Of a stretch of DNA of 64,000 bases, positions 24,401-38,220 are shown one piece after another (positions within the stretch are counted from its first letter, which is position 1; each line of letters begins with the position of its first letter). A program made the translations under genes and the position numbers. Under the pieces are notes generated by a model. It was not told where the DNA came from. It saw nothing but the letters and a program-made list of their open reading frames with translations, and ran no database searches. Origin of the DNA: Eledone cirrhosa (taxonomy: Eukaryota); contig OZ024740.1 in assembly GCA_964016885.1 (NCBI GenBank), positions 406,658,001 to 406,722,000 on the forward strand. The letters run 5' to 3'.

Positions 24401-27400
24401 ATTAGTTAGTAGCCATTGTGGATTCCGTTATTAGTTAGTAGTCATTAGCTAGTAGTGACTGTGGATTCCGTTATTAGTTAGTAGTCATTAGCTAGTAGTC
24501 ATTTAGGATTCCGTCATTAGTTAGTAGTCATTGTGGATTCCGTTATTAGTTAGTAGTCTATAGCTAGTAGTCATTTTGGATTTCATTATTAGTTATTAGT
24601 CATTAGCTAGTAGTCATTGTGGATTCCCTCATTAGTTAATAGTCATTGTGGAATCCGTTATTAGTTAGTAGTCATTAGCTAGTAGTCATTTCGGATTCCG
24701 TCATTAGTTAGTAGTCATTGTGGATTCCCTTATTAGTTACTAGTCATTAGCTAGTAGTCATTGTGGATTCCATCATTAGTTAGTAGTCATTGTGGATTCC
24801 GTTATTAGTTAGTAGTCATTGTGGATTCCGTTATTAGTTAGTAGCCATTGTGGATTCCGTTAATAGTTAGTAATCATTAGCTAGTAGTCGTTGTGGATTC
24901 CGTTATTAGTTAGTAGTCATTAGCTAGAAGTCATTGTGGAGTTCATTATTAGTTAGTAGTCATTAGCTAGTAGTCATTGTGGATTTCATTATTAGTTAGT
25001 AGTCATTAGCTATTAGTCATTGTGGATTTCATTATTAGTTAGTAGTCATTAGCTAGTATTCATTGTGGATTCCCTCATTAGTTAGTTGTCATTGTGGAAT
25101 CCGTTATTAGTTAGTAATCATTAGCTAGTAGTCATTGTGGATTCCGTCATTAGTTAGTAGTCATTGTGGATTCCGTTATTAGTTAGTAGTCATTAGCTAG
25201 TAGTCATTGTGGATTCCGTTAGTAGTTAGTAGTCATTGTGGATTCCGTTATTAGTTAGTAGTCATTTTAGATTCCCTTATTAGTTAGTGGTCATTGTGGA
25301 TTCTGTTATTAGTTAGTAGTCGTTGTGGATTCCGTCATTAGCTAGTAGTCATTGTGGATTCCGTTATTAGTTACTAGTCATTGTGGATTCCGTTATTAGT
25401 TAGTAGTTATTTAGGATTCCGTCATTAGCTAGTAGTCATTGTGGATTCCGTCATTAGTTAGTAGTCATTGTGGAGTCCGTTATTAGTTAGTAGTCATTAA
25501 CTAGTAGTCATTGTGGATTCCGTCATTCGCTAGTAGTCATTATGGATTCCATTATTAGTTAGTAGTCATTAGCTAGTGGTCATTGTGGATTCCGTCATTA
25601 GTTAGTAGTCATTGTGGATTCCGTTATTAGTTAGTAGTCATTAACAAGTAGTTATTGTAGATTCCGTCATTAGCTAGTAGTCATTGTGGATTTAATTATT
25701 AGTTAGTAGTCATTAGCTAGTAGTCATTGTGGATTCCGTTATTAGTTAGTAGTCATTGTAGATTCCGTGATTAGTTAGTAGTCATTAGCTAGTAGTCATT
25801 GCGGATTCCGTCATTCGCTAGTAGTCATTGTGGATTCCACCATTAGTTAGTAGTCCTTGTGGATTCCGTTATTAGTTAGTAGTCATTGTGGATTCCGTTA
25901 TTAGTTAGTAGCAATTGTGGATTCCGTTATTAGTTAGTAATCATTAGCTAGTAGTCGTTGTGGATTCCGTCATTACCTAGTCGTCATTGTGGATTCCGTC
26001 ATTACCTAGTCGTCATTGTGGATTCCGTCATTAGCTAGTAGTCATTGTGGATTCAGTTATTAGTTAATAGTCATTAACTAGTAGTCATTGTGTATTTTAT
26101 TATTAGATAGTAGTCATTAGCTAGTAGTCATTGTGGATTCTTTCATTAGTTAGTAGTCATTGTGGAATCCGTTATTAGTTAGTAGTCATTAGCTAGTAGT
26201 CATTGTGGATGCCGTCATTAGTTAGTAGTCATTAGTTAGTAGTCATTGTGGATTCCGTTATTAGTTAGTAGTCATTGTGGATTCCGTTCTTACTTAGTAG
26301 TCATTTTAGATTCCCTTATTAGTTAGTAGTCATTGTGGATTCCGTCATTAGTTAATAGTCATTGTGGATCCGTCATTAGTTAGTAGTCATTAGCTAGTCG
26401 TCATTGTGGCTTCCATCATTAGTTAGTAGTCATTGTGGATTCCGTTATTAGTTAGTAGTCATTAACTAGTAGTCATTGTAGATTCCGTCATTAGTTAGTA
26501 GTCATTGTGGATTCCCTCATCAGTTAGTAGTCATTGTGGATTCCGTTATTAGTTAGTAGTCATTGGGGATTCCGTCATTAGCTAGTAGTCATTGTGGATT
26601 CCATCATTCGCTAGTAGTCATAGAGGATTCCGTTATTAGTTAGTAGTTATTGTGGATTTCATTATTAGTTAGTAGTCATTAGTTAGTAGTCTTTGTGGAT
26701 TCCGTCATTAGTTAGTAGTCATTGTGCATTCCGTCATTAGTTAGTAGTCATTAGCTAGTAGTCATTAGCTAGTAGTCATTGTGGATTACGTCATTCGCTA
26801 GTAGTCATTGTGGATTCCGTTATTAGTTAGTAGTCATTGTGGATTCCGTCATTAGCTAGTAGTCATTGGCGATTCCGTTATTAGTTAGTAGTCATTGTGG
26901 ATTCCGTCATTCGTTAGTAGTCATTGTGGATTCCGTTATTAGTTAGCAGTCATTGTGGATTCCGTTATTAGTTAGTAGCCATTGTGGATTCCGTTATTAG
27001 ATAGTAGTCATTAGCTATTAGTCACTGTGGATTCCGTTATTAGTTAGTACTCATGAGCTAGTAGTCATTTAGGATTCCGTCATTAGTTACTAGTCATTGT
27101 GGATTCCGTTATTTGTTAGTAGTCATTAGCTAGTAGTCATTGTGGATTCCGTCAGTACCTAGTAGTCATTGTGGATTCCGTCATTACCTAGTAGTCATTG
27201 TGGATTCCGTTATTAGCTAGTAGTCATTGCGGATTCAGTTATTAGTTAGTAGTCATTAGCTAGTAGTCATTGTGGATTTCATTATTAGTTAGTAGTCATT
27301 AGCTAGTAGTCATTGTGGATTCCCTCCTTAGTTAGTAGTCATTGTGGATTCCATTATTAGTTAGTAGTCATCAGTTGGTAGCCTTTGTGGATTTCATTAT

Positions 27401-29499
27401 TAGTTAGTAGACATTAGTTGGTAGTCTTTGTGGATTCCGTCATTAGTTAGTAGTAATTGTGGATTCCGTCATTAGTTAGTAGTCATTAGCTAGTATTCAT
27501 TAGCTAGTAGTCATTGTGGATTCCATCATTCGCTAGTAGACATTGTGGATTCCGTTATTAGTTAGTAGTCATTGTGCATTCCGTCATTAGCTAGTAGTTA
27601 TTGTGGATTCAGTTATTAGTTAGTAGTCATAAGCTAGTAGTCATTGTGGATTTCATTATTAGTTAGTAGTCATTAGCTAGTACTCATTGTGGATTCCCTC
27701 ATTAGTTAGTAGTCATGTGGAATCCGTTATTAGTTAGTAGTCATTAGCTAGTAGTCATTGTGGATTCCGTCATTAGTTAGTAGTCATTGTGGATTCCGTT
27801 ATTAGTTAGTAGTCGTAGTGGATTCCGTCATTAGCTAGTAGTCATTGTGGATTCCGTTATTAGTTAGTAGTCATTGTGGATTCCGTTATTAGTTAGTAGT
27901 CATTGTGGATTCCGTTATTAGTTAGTAGTCATTAGCTAGTAGTCATTTAGGATTCAATCATTCGCCAGTAGTCATTGTGGATTCCGTCATTAGTTAGTAG
28001 TCATTGTGGAGTACGTTATTAGTTAGTAGTCATTAACTAGTAGTCATTGTGGATTTCGTCATTCGCTAGTAGTCAATATGGATTCCATTATTAGTTAGTA
28101 GTCATTTGGGATCCCATTATTAGTTAGTAGTCATTGTGGATTCCGTTATTAGTTAATAGTCATTAACTACCAGTTATTGTGGATCCGTCATTAGTTAGTA
28201 ACCATTGTGGATTCCGTTATTAGTTAGTAGTCATTGTGGATTCCGTTATTAGTTAGTAGTCATTAACAAGTAGTCATTGTAGATTCCGTCATTAGCTAGT
28301 AGTCATTGTGGATTTAATTATTAGTTAGTAGTCATTAGCTAGTGGTCATTGTGGATTCCGTCATTAGTTAGTTGTCTATGTGGATTCCGTCATTAGCTAG
28401 TAGTCCTTGGCGATTCCGTTATTAGTTAGTAGTCATTGTGGATTCCGTTGTTAGTTAGTAGTCATTGTGGATTACGTTATTAGTTAGTAGCCATTGTGGA
28501 TTCCGTTATTAGTTAGTAGTCATTAGCTAGTAGTCACTGTGGATTCCGTTATTAGTTAGTAGTCATTAGCTAGTAGTCATTTAGGATTCCGTCATTAGTT
28601 AGTAGTCTTTGTGGATTCCGTTATTAGTTAGTAGTCTATAGCTAGTAGTCATTTTGGATTTCATTATTAGTTATTAGTCATTAGCTAGTAGTCATTGTGG
28701 ATTCCCTCATTAGTTAATAGTCATTGTGGATTCCGTTATTAGTTAGTAGTCATTAGCTAGTAGTCATTTAGGATTCCGTCATTAGTTAGTAGTCATTGTG
28801 GATTCCCTTGTTAGCTAGTAGTCATTAGCTACTAGTCATTTTGGATTTCATTATTAGTTATTAGTCATTAGCTAGTAGTCATTGTGGATTCCTTCATTAG
28901 TTAATATTCATCGTGGATTTCATTATTAGTTAGTAGTCTTTGTGGATTCCGTCATTAGTTAGTAGTCATTAGCTAGTAGTCATTGTGGATTCCGCCATCC
29001 GCTAGTAGTCATTGTGGATTCCGTTATTAGTTAGTAGTCATTAGCTAGTAGTCATTGTGGATTCCGTCATTAGCTAGTAGTCATTGTGGATTCCGTTATT
29101 AGTTAGTAGTCATTAGCTAGTAGTCATTGTGGATTTCATTATTAGTTAGTAGTCATTAGCTAGTAGTCATTGTGGATTCCCTCCTTAGTTAGTAGTCATT
29201 GTGGATTCCATTATTAGTTAGTAGTCATCAGTTGGTAGCCTTTGTGGATTTCATTATTAGTTAGTAGACATTAGTTGGTAGTCTTTGTGGATTCCGTCAT
29301 TAGTTAGTAGTCATTGTGGATTCCGTCATTAGTTAGTAGTCATTGGCGATTCCGTTATTAGTTAGTAGTCATTGTGGAATCCGTCATTCGTTAGTAGTCA
29401 TTGTGGATTCCGTTATTAGTTAGCAGTCATTGTGGATTCCGTTATTAGTTAGTAGCCATTGTGGATTCCGTTATTAGATAGTAGTCATTAGCTATTAGT

Positions 29500-32400
29500 C
29501 ACTGTGGATTCCGTTATTAGTTAGTACTCATGAGCTAGTAGTCATTTTGTATTCCGTCATTAGTTACTAGTCATTATGGTTTCCGTTATTAGTTAGTAGT
29601 CATTAGCTAGTAGTCATTGTGGATTCCGTCATTACCTAGTAGTCATTGTGGATTCCGTCATTACCTAGTAGTCATTGTGGATTCCGTTATTAGCTAGTAG
29701 TCATTGTGGATTCAGTTATTAGTTAGTAGTCATTAGCTAGTAGTCATTGTGGATTTCATTATTAGTTAGTAGTCATTAGCTAGTAGTCATTGTGGATTCC
29801 CTCCTTAGTTAGTAGTCATTGTGGATTCCATTATTAGTTATTAGTCATCAGTTGGTAGCCTTTGTGGATTTCATTATTAGTTAGTAGACATTAGTTGGTA
29901 GTCTTTGTGGATTCCGTCATTAGTTAGTAGTCATTGTGGATTCCGTCATTAGTTAGTAGTCATTAACTAGTAGTCATTAGCTAGTTGTCATTGTGGATTC
30001 CATCATTCGCTAGTAGACATTGTGGATTCCGTTATTAGTTAGTAGTCATTGTGCATTCCGTCATTAGCTAGTAGTTATTGTGGATTCAGTTATTAGTTAG
30101 TAGTCATAAGCTAGTAGTCATTGTGGATTTCATTATTAGTTAGTAGTCATTAGCTAGCAGTCATTGTGGATTCCCTCATTAGTTAGTAGTCATTGTGGAA
30201 TCCGTTATTAGTTAGTAGTCATTAGCTAGTAGTCATTGTGTATTCCGTCATTAGTTAGTAGTCATTGTGGATTCCGTTATTAGTTAGTAGTCATTAGCTA
30301 GTAGTCATTGTGGATTTCATTATTAGTTAGTAGTCATTAGTTAGTAGTCATTGTGGATTCCGTTATTAGTTAGTAGTCATTGTGGATTCCGTTATTAGTT
30401 AGTAGTCATTTTTAGATTACCTTATTAGTTAGTGGTCATTGTGGATTCCGTTATTAGTTAGTAGTCGTTGTGGATTCCGTCATTAGCTAGTAGTCATTGT
30501 GGATTCCGTTATTAGTTACTAGTCATTAGCTAGTAGTCAATGTGGATTCCGTTATTAGTTAGTAGTCATTGTGGATTCCGTTATTAGTTAGTAGTCATTA
30601 GCTAGTAGTCATTTAGGATTCCGTCATTCGCTAGTAGTCATTGTGGATTCCGTCATTAGTTAGTAGTCATTGTGGAGTACGTTATTAGTTAGTAGTCATT
30701 AACTAGTAGTCATTATGGATTTCGTCATTCGCTAGTAGTCAATATGAATTCCATTATTAGTTAGTAGTCATTTGGGATCCCATTATTAGTTAGTAGTCAT
30801 TGTGGATTCCGTTATTAGTTAATAGTCATTAACTACCAGTCATTGTGGATCCGTCATTAGTTAGTAGTCATTGTGGATTCCGTTATTAGTTAGTAGTCAT
30901 TAACAAGTAGTCATTGTAGGTTCCGTCATTACCTAGTAGTCATTGTGGATTTAATTATTCGTCAGTAGTCATTAGCTAGTGGTCATTGTGGATTCCGTCA
31001 TTAATTAGTTGTCAATGTGGATTCCGTAATTAGCTAGTAGTCCTTGGCGATTCCGTTATTAGTTAGTAGTCATTGTGGATTCCGTTATTAGTTAGTAGTC
31101 ATTGTGGATTCCGTTATTAGTTAGTAGCCATTGTGGATTCCGTTATTAGTTAGTAGTCATTAGCTAGTAGTCACTGTGGATTCCGTTATTAGTTAGTAGT
31201 CATTAGCTAGTAGTCATTTAGGATTCCGTCATTAGTTAGTAGTCTTTGTGGATTCCGTTATTAGTTAGTAGTCTATAGCTTGTAGTCATTTTGGATTTCA
31301 TTATTAGTTATTAGTCATTAGCTAGTAGTCATTGTGGATTCCCTCATTAGTTAATATTCATCGTGGATTTCATTATTAGTTAGTAGTCATTAGTTAGTAG
31401 TCTTTGTGGATTCCGTCATTAGTTAGTAGTCATTGTGGATTCCGTCATTAGTTACTAGTCATTAGCTAGTAGTCATTGTGGATTCCGCCATTCGCTAGTA
31501 GTCACTGTGGATTCCGTTATTAGTTAGTACTCATGAGCTAGTAGTCATTTTGGATTCCGTCATTAGTTACTAGTCATTATGGTTTCCGTTATTAGTTAGT
31601 AGTCATTAGCTAGTAGTCATTGTGGATTCCGTCATTACCTAGTAGTCATTGTGGATTCCGTCATTACCTAGTAGTCATTGTGGATTCCGTTATTAGCTAG
31701 TAGTCATTGTGGATTCAGTTATTAGTTAGTAGTCATTAGCTAGTAGTCATTGTGGATTTCATTATTAGTTAGTAGTCATTAGCTAGTAGTCATTGTGGAT
31801 TCCCTCCTTAGTTAGTAGTCATTGTGGATTCCATTATTAGTTAGTAGTCATCAGTTGGTAGCCTTTGTGGATTTCATTATTAGTTAGTAGACATTAGTTG
31901 GTAGTCTTTGTGGATTCCGTCATTAGTTAGTAGTCATTGTGGATTCCGTCATTAGTTAGTAGTCATTAACTAGTAGTCATTAGCTAGTTGTCATTGTGGA
32001 TTCCATCATTCGCTAGTAGACATTGTGGATTCCGTTATTAGTTAGTAGTCATTGTGCATTCCGTCATTAGCTAGTAGTTATTGTGGATTCAGTTATTAGT
32101 TAGTAGTCATAAGCTAGTAGTCATTGTGGATTTCATTATTAGTTAGTAGTCATTAGCTAGTAGTCATTGTGGATTCCCTCATTAGTTAGTAGTTATTGTG
32201 GAATCCGTTATTAGTTAGTAGTCATTAGCTAGTAGTCATTGTGTATTCCGTCATTAGTTAGTAGTCATTGTGGATTCCGTTATTAGTTAGTAGTCATTAG
32301 CTAGTAGTCATTGTGGATTTCATTATTAGTTAGTAGTCATTAGTTAGTAGTCATTGTGGATTCCGTTATTAGTTAGTAGTCATTGTGGATTCCGTTATTA

Positions 32401-35400
32401 GTTAGTAGTCATTTTTAGATTACCTTATTAGTTAGTGGTCATTGTGGATTCCGTTATTAGTTAGTAGTCGTTGTGGATTCCGTCATTAGCTATTAGTCAT
32501 TGTGGATTCCGTTATTAGTTACTAGTCATTAGCTAGTAGTCAATGTGGATTCCGTTATTAGTTAGTAGTCATTGTGGATTCCGTTATTAGTTAGTAGTCA
32601 TTAGCTAGTAGTCATTTAGGATTCCGTCATTCGCTAGTAGTCATTGTGGATTCCGTCATTAGTTAGTAGTCATTGTGGAGTACGTTATTAGTTAGTAGTC
32701 ATTAACTAGTAGTCATTATGGATTTCGTCATTCGCTAGTAGTCAATATGGATTCCATTATTAGTTAGTAGTCATTTGGGATCCCATTATTAGTTAGTAGT
32801 CATTGTGGATTCCGTTATTAGTTAATAGTCATTAACTACCAGTCATTGTGGATCCGTCATTAGTTAGTAGTCATTGTGGATTCCGTTATTAGTTAGTAGT
32901 CATTAACAAGTAGTCATTGTAGGTTCCGTCATTACCTAGTAGTCATTGTGGATTTAATTATTAGTCAGTAGTCATTAGCTAGTGGTCATTGTGGATTCCG
33001 TCATTAATTAGTTGTCAATGTGGATTCCGTAATTAGCTAGTAGTCCTTGGCGATTCCGTTATTAGTTAGTAGTCATTGTGGATTCCGTTATTAGTTAGTA
33101 GTCATTGTGGATTCCGTTATTAGTTAGTAGCCATTGTGGATTCCGTTATTAGTTAGTAGTCATTAGCTAGTAGTCACTGTGGATTCCGTTATTAGTTAGT
33201 AGTCATTAGCTAGTAGTCATTTAGGATTCCGTCATTAGTTAGTAGTCTTTGTGGATTCCGTTATTAGTTAGTAGTCTATAGCTTGTAGTCATTTTGGATT
33301 TCATTATTAGTTATTAGTCATTAGTTAGTAGTCTTTGTGGATTCCGTCATTAGTTAGTAGTCATTGTGGATTCCGTCATTAGTTACTAGTCATTAGCTAG
33401 TAGTCATTGTGGATTCCGCCATTCGCTAGTAGTCATTGTGGATTCCGTCATTAGTTAGTAGTCATTAGCTAGTAGTCATTGTGGATTCCGTCATTAGCTA
33501 GTAGTCATTGTAGATTCCGTTATTAGTTAGTAGTCATTAGCTAGTAGTCATTAGCTAGTAGTCATTGTGGATTCCGTCATTCGCTAATAGTCATTGAGGA
33601 TTCCGTCATTAGTTAGTAGTCATTGTGGATTCCGACATTAGTTAGTAGTCATTGTGGATTCCGTCATTAGCTAGTAGTCATTGTGGATTCCGTTATTAGT
33701 TAGTAGTCATTAGCTAGTAGTCATTGTGGATTCCGTCATTCGCTAATAGTCATTGAGCATTCCGTCATTAGTTAGTAGTCATTGTGGATTCCGTCATTAG
33801 TTAGTAGTCATTGTGGATTCCGTAATTAGTTAGTAGTCATTGTGGATTCCGTCATTAGCTAGTAGTCATTGTGGATTCAGTTATTATTTAGTAGTCTTTG
33901 TGGATTCCGTTATTAGTTAGTAGTCATTGTGGATTCTGTCATTAGCTAGTAGTCATTGTGGATTCTGTCATTAGCTAGTAGTCATTGTGGATTTCATTAT
34001 TAGTTAGTAGTCATTAGTTAGTAGTCATTGTGGATTCCGTTATTAGTTAGTAGTCATTGTGGATTCCGTTATTAGTTAGTAGTCATTTTTAGATTACCTT
34101 ATTAGTTAGTGGTCATTGTGGATTCCGTTATTAGTTAGTAGTCGTTGTGGATTCCGTCATTAGCTATTAGTCATTGTGGATTCCGTTATTAGTTACTAGT
34201 CATTAGCTAGTAGTCAATGTGGATTCCGTTATTAGTTAGTAGTCATTGTGGATTCCGTTATTAGTTAGTAGTCATTAGCTAGTAGTCATTTAGGATTCCG
34301 TCATTCGCTAGTAGTCATTGTGGATTCCGTCATTAGTTAGTAGTCATTGTGGAGTAACGTTATTAGTTAGTAGTCATTAACTAGTAGTCATTATGGATTT
34401 CGTCATTCGCTAGTAGTCAATATGGATTCCATTATTAGTTAGTAGTCATTTGGGATCCCATTATTAGTTAGTAGTCATTGTGGATTCCGTTATTAGTTAA
34501 TAGTCATTAACTACCAGTCATTGTGGATCCGTCATTAGTTAGTAGTCATTGTGGATTCCGTTATTAGTTAGTAGTCATTAACAAGTAGTCATTGTAGGTT
34601 CCGTCATTACCTAGTAGTCATTGTGGATTTAATTATTAGTCAGTAGTCATTAGCTAGTGGTCATTGTGGATTCCGTCATTAATTAGTTGTCAATGTGGAT
34701 TCCGTAATTAGCTAGTAGTCCTTGGCGATTCCGTTATTAGTTAGTAGTCATTGTGGATTCCGTTATTAGTTAGTAGTCATTGTGGATTCCGTTATTAGTT
34801 AGTAGCCATTGTGGATTCCGTTATTAGTTAGTAGTCATTAGCTAGTAGTCACTGTGGATTCCGTTATTAGTTAGTAGTCATTAGCTAGTAGTCATTTAGG
34901 ATTCCGTCATTAGTTAGTAGTCTTTGTGGATTCCGTTATTAGTTAGTAGTCTATAGCTTGTAGTCATTTTGGATTTCATTATTAGTTATTAGTCATTAGT
35001 TAGTAATCTTTGTGGATTCCGTCATTAGTTAGTAGTCATTGTGGATTCCGTCATTAGTTACTAGTCATTAGCTAGTAGTCATTGTGGATTCCGCCATTCG
35101 CTAGTAGTAATTGTGGATTCCGTCATTAGTTAGTAGTCATTAGCTAGTAGTCATTGTGGATTCCGTCATTAGCTAGTAGTCATTGTGGATTCCGTTATTA
35201 GTTAGTAGTCATTAGCTAGTAGTCATTGTGGATTCCGTCATTCGCTAATAGTCATTGAGGATTCCGTCATTAGTTAGTAGTCATTGTGGATTCCGACATT
35301 AGTTAGTAGTCATTGTGGATTCCGTTATTAGTTAGTAGTCATTGTGGATTCCGTCATTAGCTAGTAGTCATTGTGGATTCCGTTATTAGTTAGTAGTCAT

Positions 35401-38220
35401 TAGCTAGTAGTCATTGTGGATTCCGTCATTCGCTAATAGTCATTGAGGATTCCGTCATTAGTTAGTAGTCATTGTGGATTCCGTCATTAGTTAGTAGTCA
35501 TTGTGGATTCCGTAATTAGTTAGTAGTCATTGTGGATTCCGTCATTAGCTAGTAGTCATTGTGGATTCAGTTATTATTTAGTAGTCTTTGTGGATTCCGT
35601 TATTAGTTAGTAGTCATTGTGGATTCTGTCATTAGCTAGTAGTCATTGTGGATTCTGTCATTAGCTAGTAGTCATTGTGGATTCCGTATTTAGTTAGTAG
35701 TCATAAGCTAGTAGTCATTGTGGATTCCGTCATTAGCTAGTAGTCATTGTGGATTCCGTTATTAGTTAGTAGTCAATGTGGATTCCGTCATTCGTTAGTA
35801 GTCATTGTGGATTCCATTATTAGTTAGTAGTCATTGTGGATTCCGTTATTAGTTAGTAGCCATTGTGGATTCCGTTATTTATTAGTAGTCATTAGCTAGT
35901 AGTCACTGTGGTTTCCGTTATTAGTTATTAGTCATTAGCTAGAAGTCATTTTGGTTTCCGTTATTAGTTAGTAGTCATTAGCTAGTAGTCATTGTGGATT
36001 CCGTCATTCGCTAATAGTCATTGAGGATTCCGTCATTAGTTAGTAGTCATTGTGGATTCCGTCATTAGTTAGTAGTCATTGTGGATTCCGTAATTAGTTA
36101 GTAGTCATTGTGGATTCCGTCATTAGCTAGTAGTCATTGTGGATTCAGTTATTATTTAGTAGTCTTTGTGGATTCCGTTATTAGTTAGTAGTCATTGTGG
36201 ATTCTGTCATTAGCTAGTAGTCATTGTGGATTCTGTCATTAGCTAGTAGTCATTGTGGATTTCATTATTAGTTAGTAGTCATTAGTTAGTAGTCATTGTG
36301 GATTCCGTTATTAGTTAGTAGTCATTGTGGATTCCGTTATTAGTTAGTAGTCATTTTTAGATTACCTTATTAGTTAGTGGTCATTGTGGATTCCGTTATT
36401 AGTTAGTAGTCGTTGTGGATTCCGTCATTAGCTATTAGTCATTGTGGATTCCGTTATTAGTTACTAGTCATTAGCTAGTAGTCAATGTGGATTCCGTTAT
36501 TAGTTAGTAGTCATTGTGGATTCCGTTATTAGTTAGTAGTCATTAGCTAGTAGTCATTTAGGATTCCGTCATTCGCTAGTAGTCATTGTGGATTCCGTCA
36601 TTAGTTAGTAGTCATTGTGGAGTACGTTATTAGTTAGTAGTCATTAACTAGTAGTCATTATGGATTTCGTCATTCGCTAGTAGTCAATATGGATTCCATT
36701 ATTAGTTAGTAGTCATTTGGGATCCCATTATTAGTTAGTAGTCATTGTGGATTCCGTTATTAGTTAATAGTCATTAACTACCAGTCATTGTGGATCCGTC
36801 ATTAGTTAGTAGTCATTGTGGATTCCGTTATTAGTTAGTAGTCATTAACAAGTAGTCATTGTAGGTTCCGTCATTACCTAGTAGTCATTGTGGATTTAAT
36901 TATTAGTCAGTAGTCATTAGCTAGTGGTCATTGTGGATTCCGTCATTAATTAGTTGTCAATGTGGATTCCGTAATTAGCTAGTAGTCCTTGGCGATTCCG
37001 TTATTAGTTAGTAGTCATTGTGGATTCCGTTATTAGTTAGTAGTCATTGTGGATTCCGTTATTAGTTAGTAGCCATTGTGGATTCCGTTATTAGTTAGTA
37101 GTCATTAGCTAGTAGTCACTGTGGATTCCGTTATTAGTTAGTAGTCATTAGCTAGTAGTCATTTAGGATTCCGTCATTAGTTAGTAGTCTTTGTGGATTC
37201 CGTTATTAGTTAGTAGTCTATAGCTTGTAGTCATTTTGGATTTCATTATTAGTTATTAGTCATTAGTTAGTAGTCTTTGTGGATTCCGTCATTAGTTAGT
37301 AGTCATTGTGGATTCCGTCATTAGTTACTAGTCATTAGCTAGTAGTCATTGTGGATTCCGCCATTCGCTAGTAGTCATTGTGAATTCCGTCATTAGTTAG
37401 TAGTCATTAGCTAGTAGTCATTGTGGATTCCGTCATTAGCTAGTAGTCATTGTGGATTCCGTTATTAGTTAGTAGTCATTAGCTAGTAGTCATTGTGGAT
37501 TCCGTCATTCGCTAATAGTCATTGAGGATTCCGTCATTAGTTAGTAGTCATTGTGGATTCCGACATTAGTTAGTAGTCATTGTGGATTCCGTTATTAGTT
37601 AGTAGTCATTGTGGATTCCGTCATTAGCTAGTAGTCATTGTGGATTCGTTATTAGTTAGTAGTCATTAGCTAGTAGTCATTGTGGATTCCGTCATTCGCT
37701 AATAGTCATTGAGGATTCCGTCATTAGTTAGTAGTCATTGTGGATTCCGTCATTAGTTAGTAGTCATTGTGGATTCCGTAATTAGTTAGTAGTCATTGTG
37801 GATTCCGTCATTAGCTAGTAGTCATTGTGGATTCAGTTATTATTTAGTAGTCTTTGTGGATTCCGTTATTAGTTAGTAGTCATTGTGGATTCTGTCATTA
37901 GCTAGTAGTCATTGTGGATTCTGTCATTAGCTAGTAGTCATTGTGGATTCCGTATTTAGTTAGTAGTCATAAGCTAGTAGTCATTGTGGATTCCGTCATT
38001 AGCTAGTAGTCATTGTGGATTCCGTTATTAGTTAGTAGTCAATGTGGATTCCGTCATTCGTTAGTAGTCATTGTGGATTCCATTATTAGTTAGTAGTCAT
38101 TGTGGATTCCGTTATTAGTTAGTAGCCATTGTGGATTCCGTTATTTATTAGTAGTCATTAGCTAGTAGTCACTGTGGTTTCCGTTATTATTTATTAGTCA
38201 TTAGCTAGAAGTCATTTTGG
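29500..38220 (+). repeat. Four-copy irregular higher-order repeat (successive offsets 2003, 1675, 2267 bp)
   Basis: The private variant gtaggttcc occurs at 30916, 32919, 34594 and 36861. Each copy also carries tttagattacc, attaattagttgtcaatg and tctatagcttgtag. atggtttccg at 29576/31579 confirms the 2003 offset. Confidence 0.88.
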
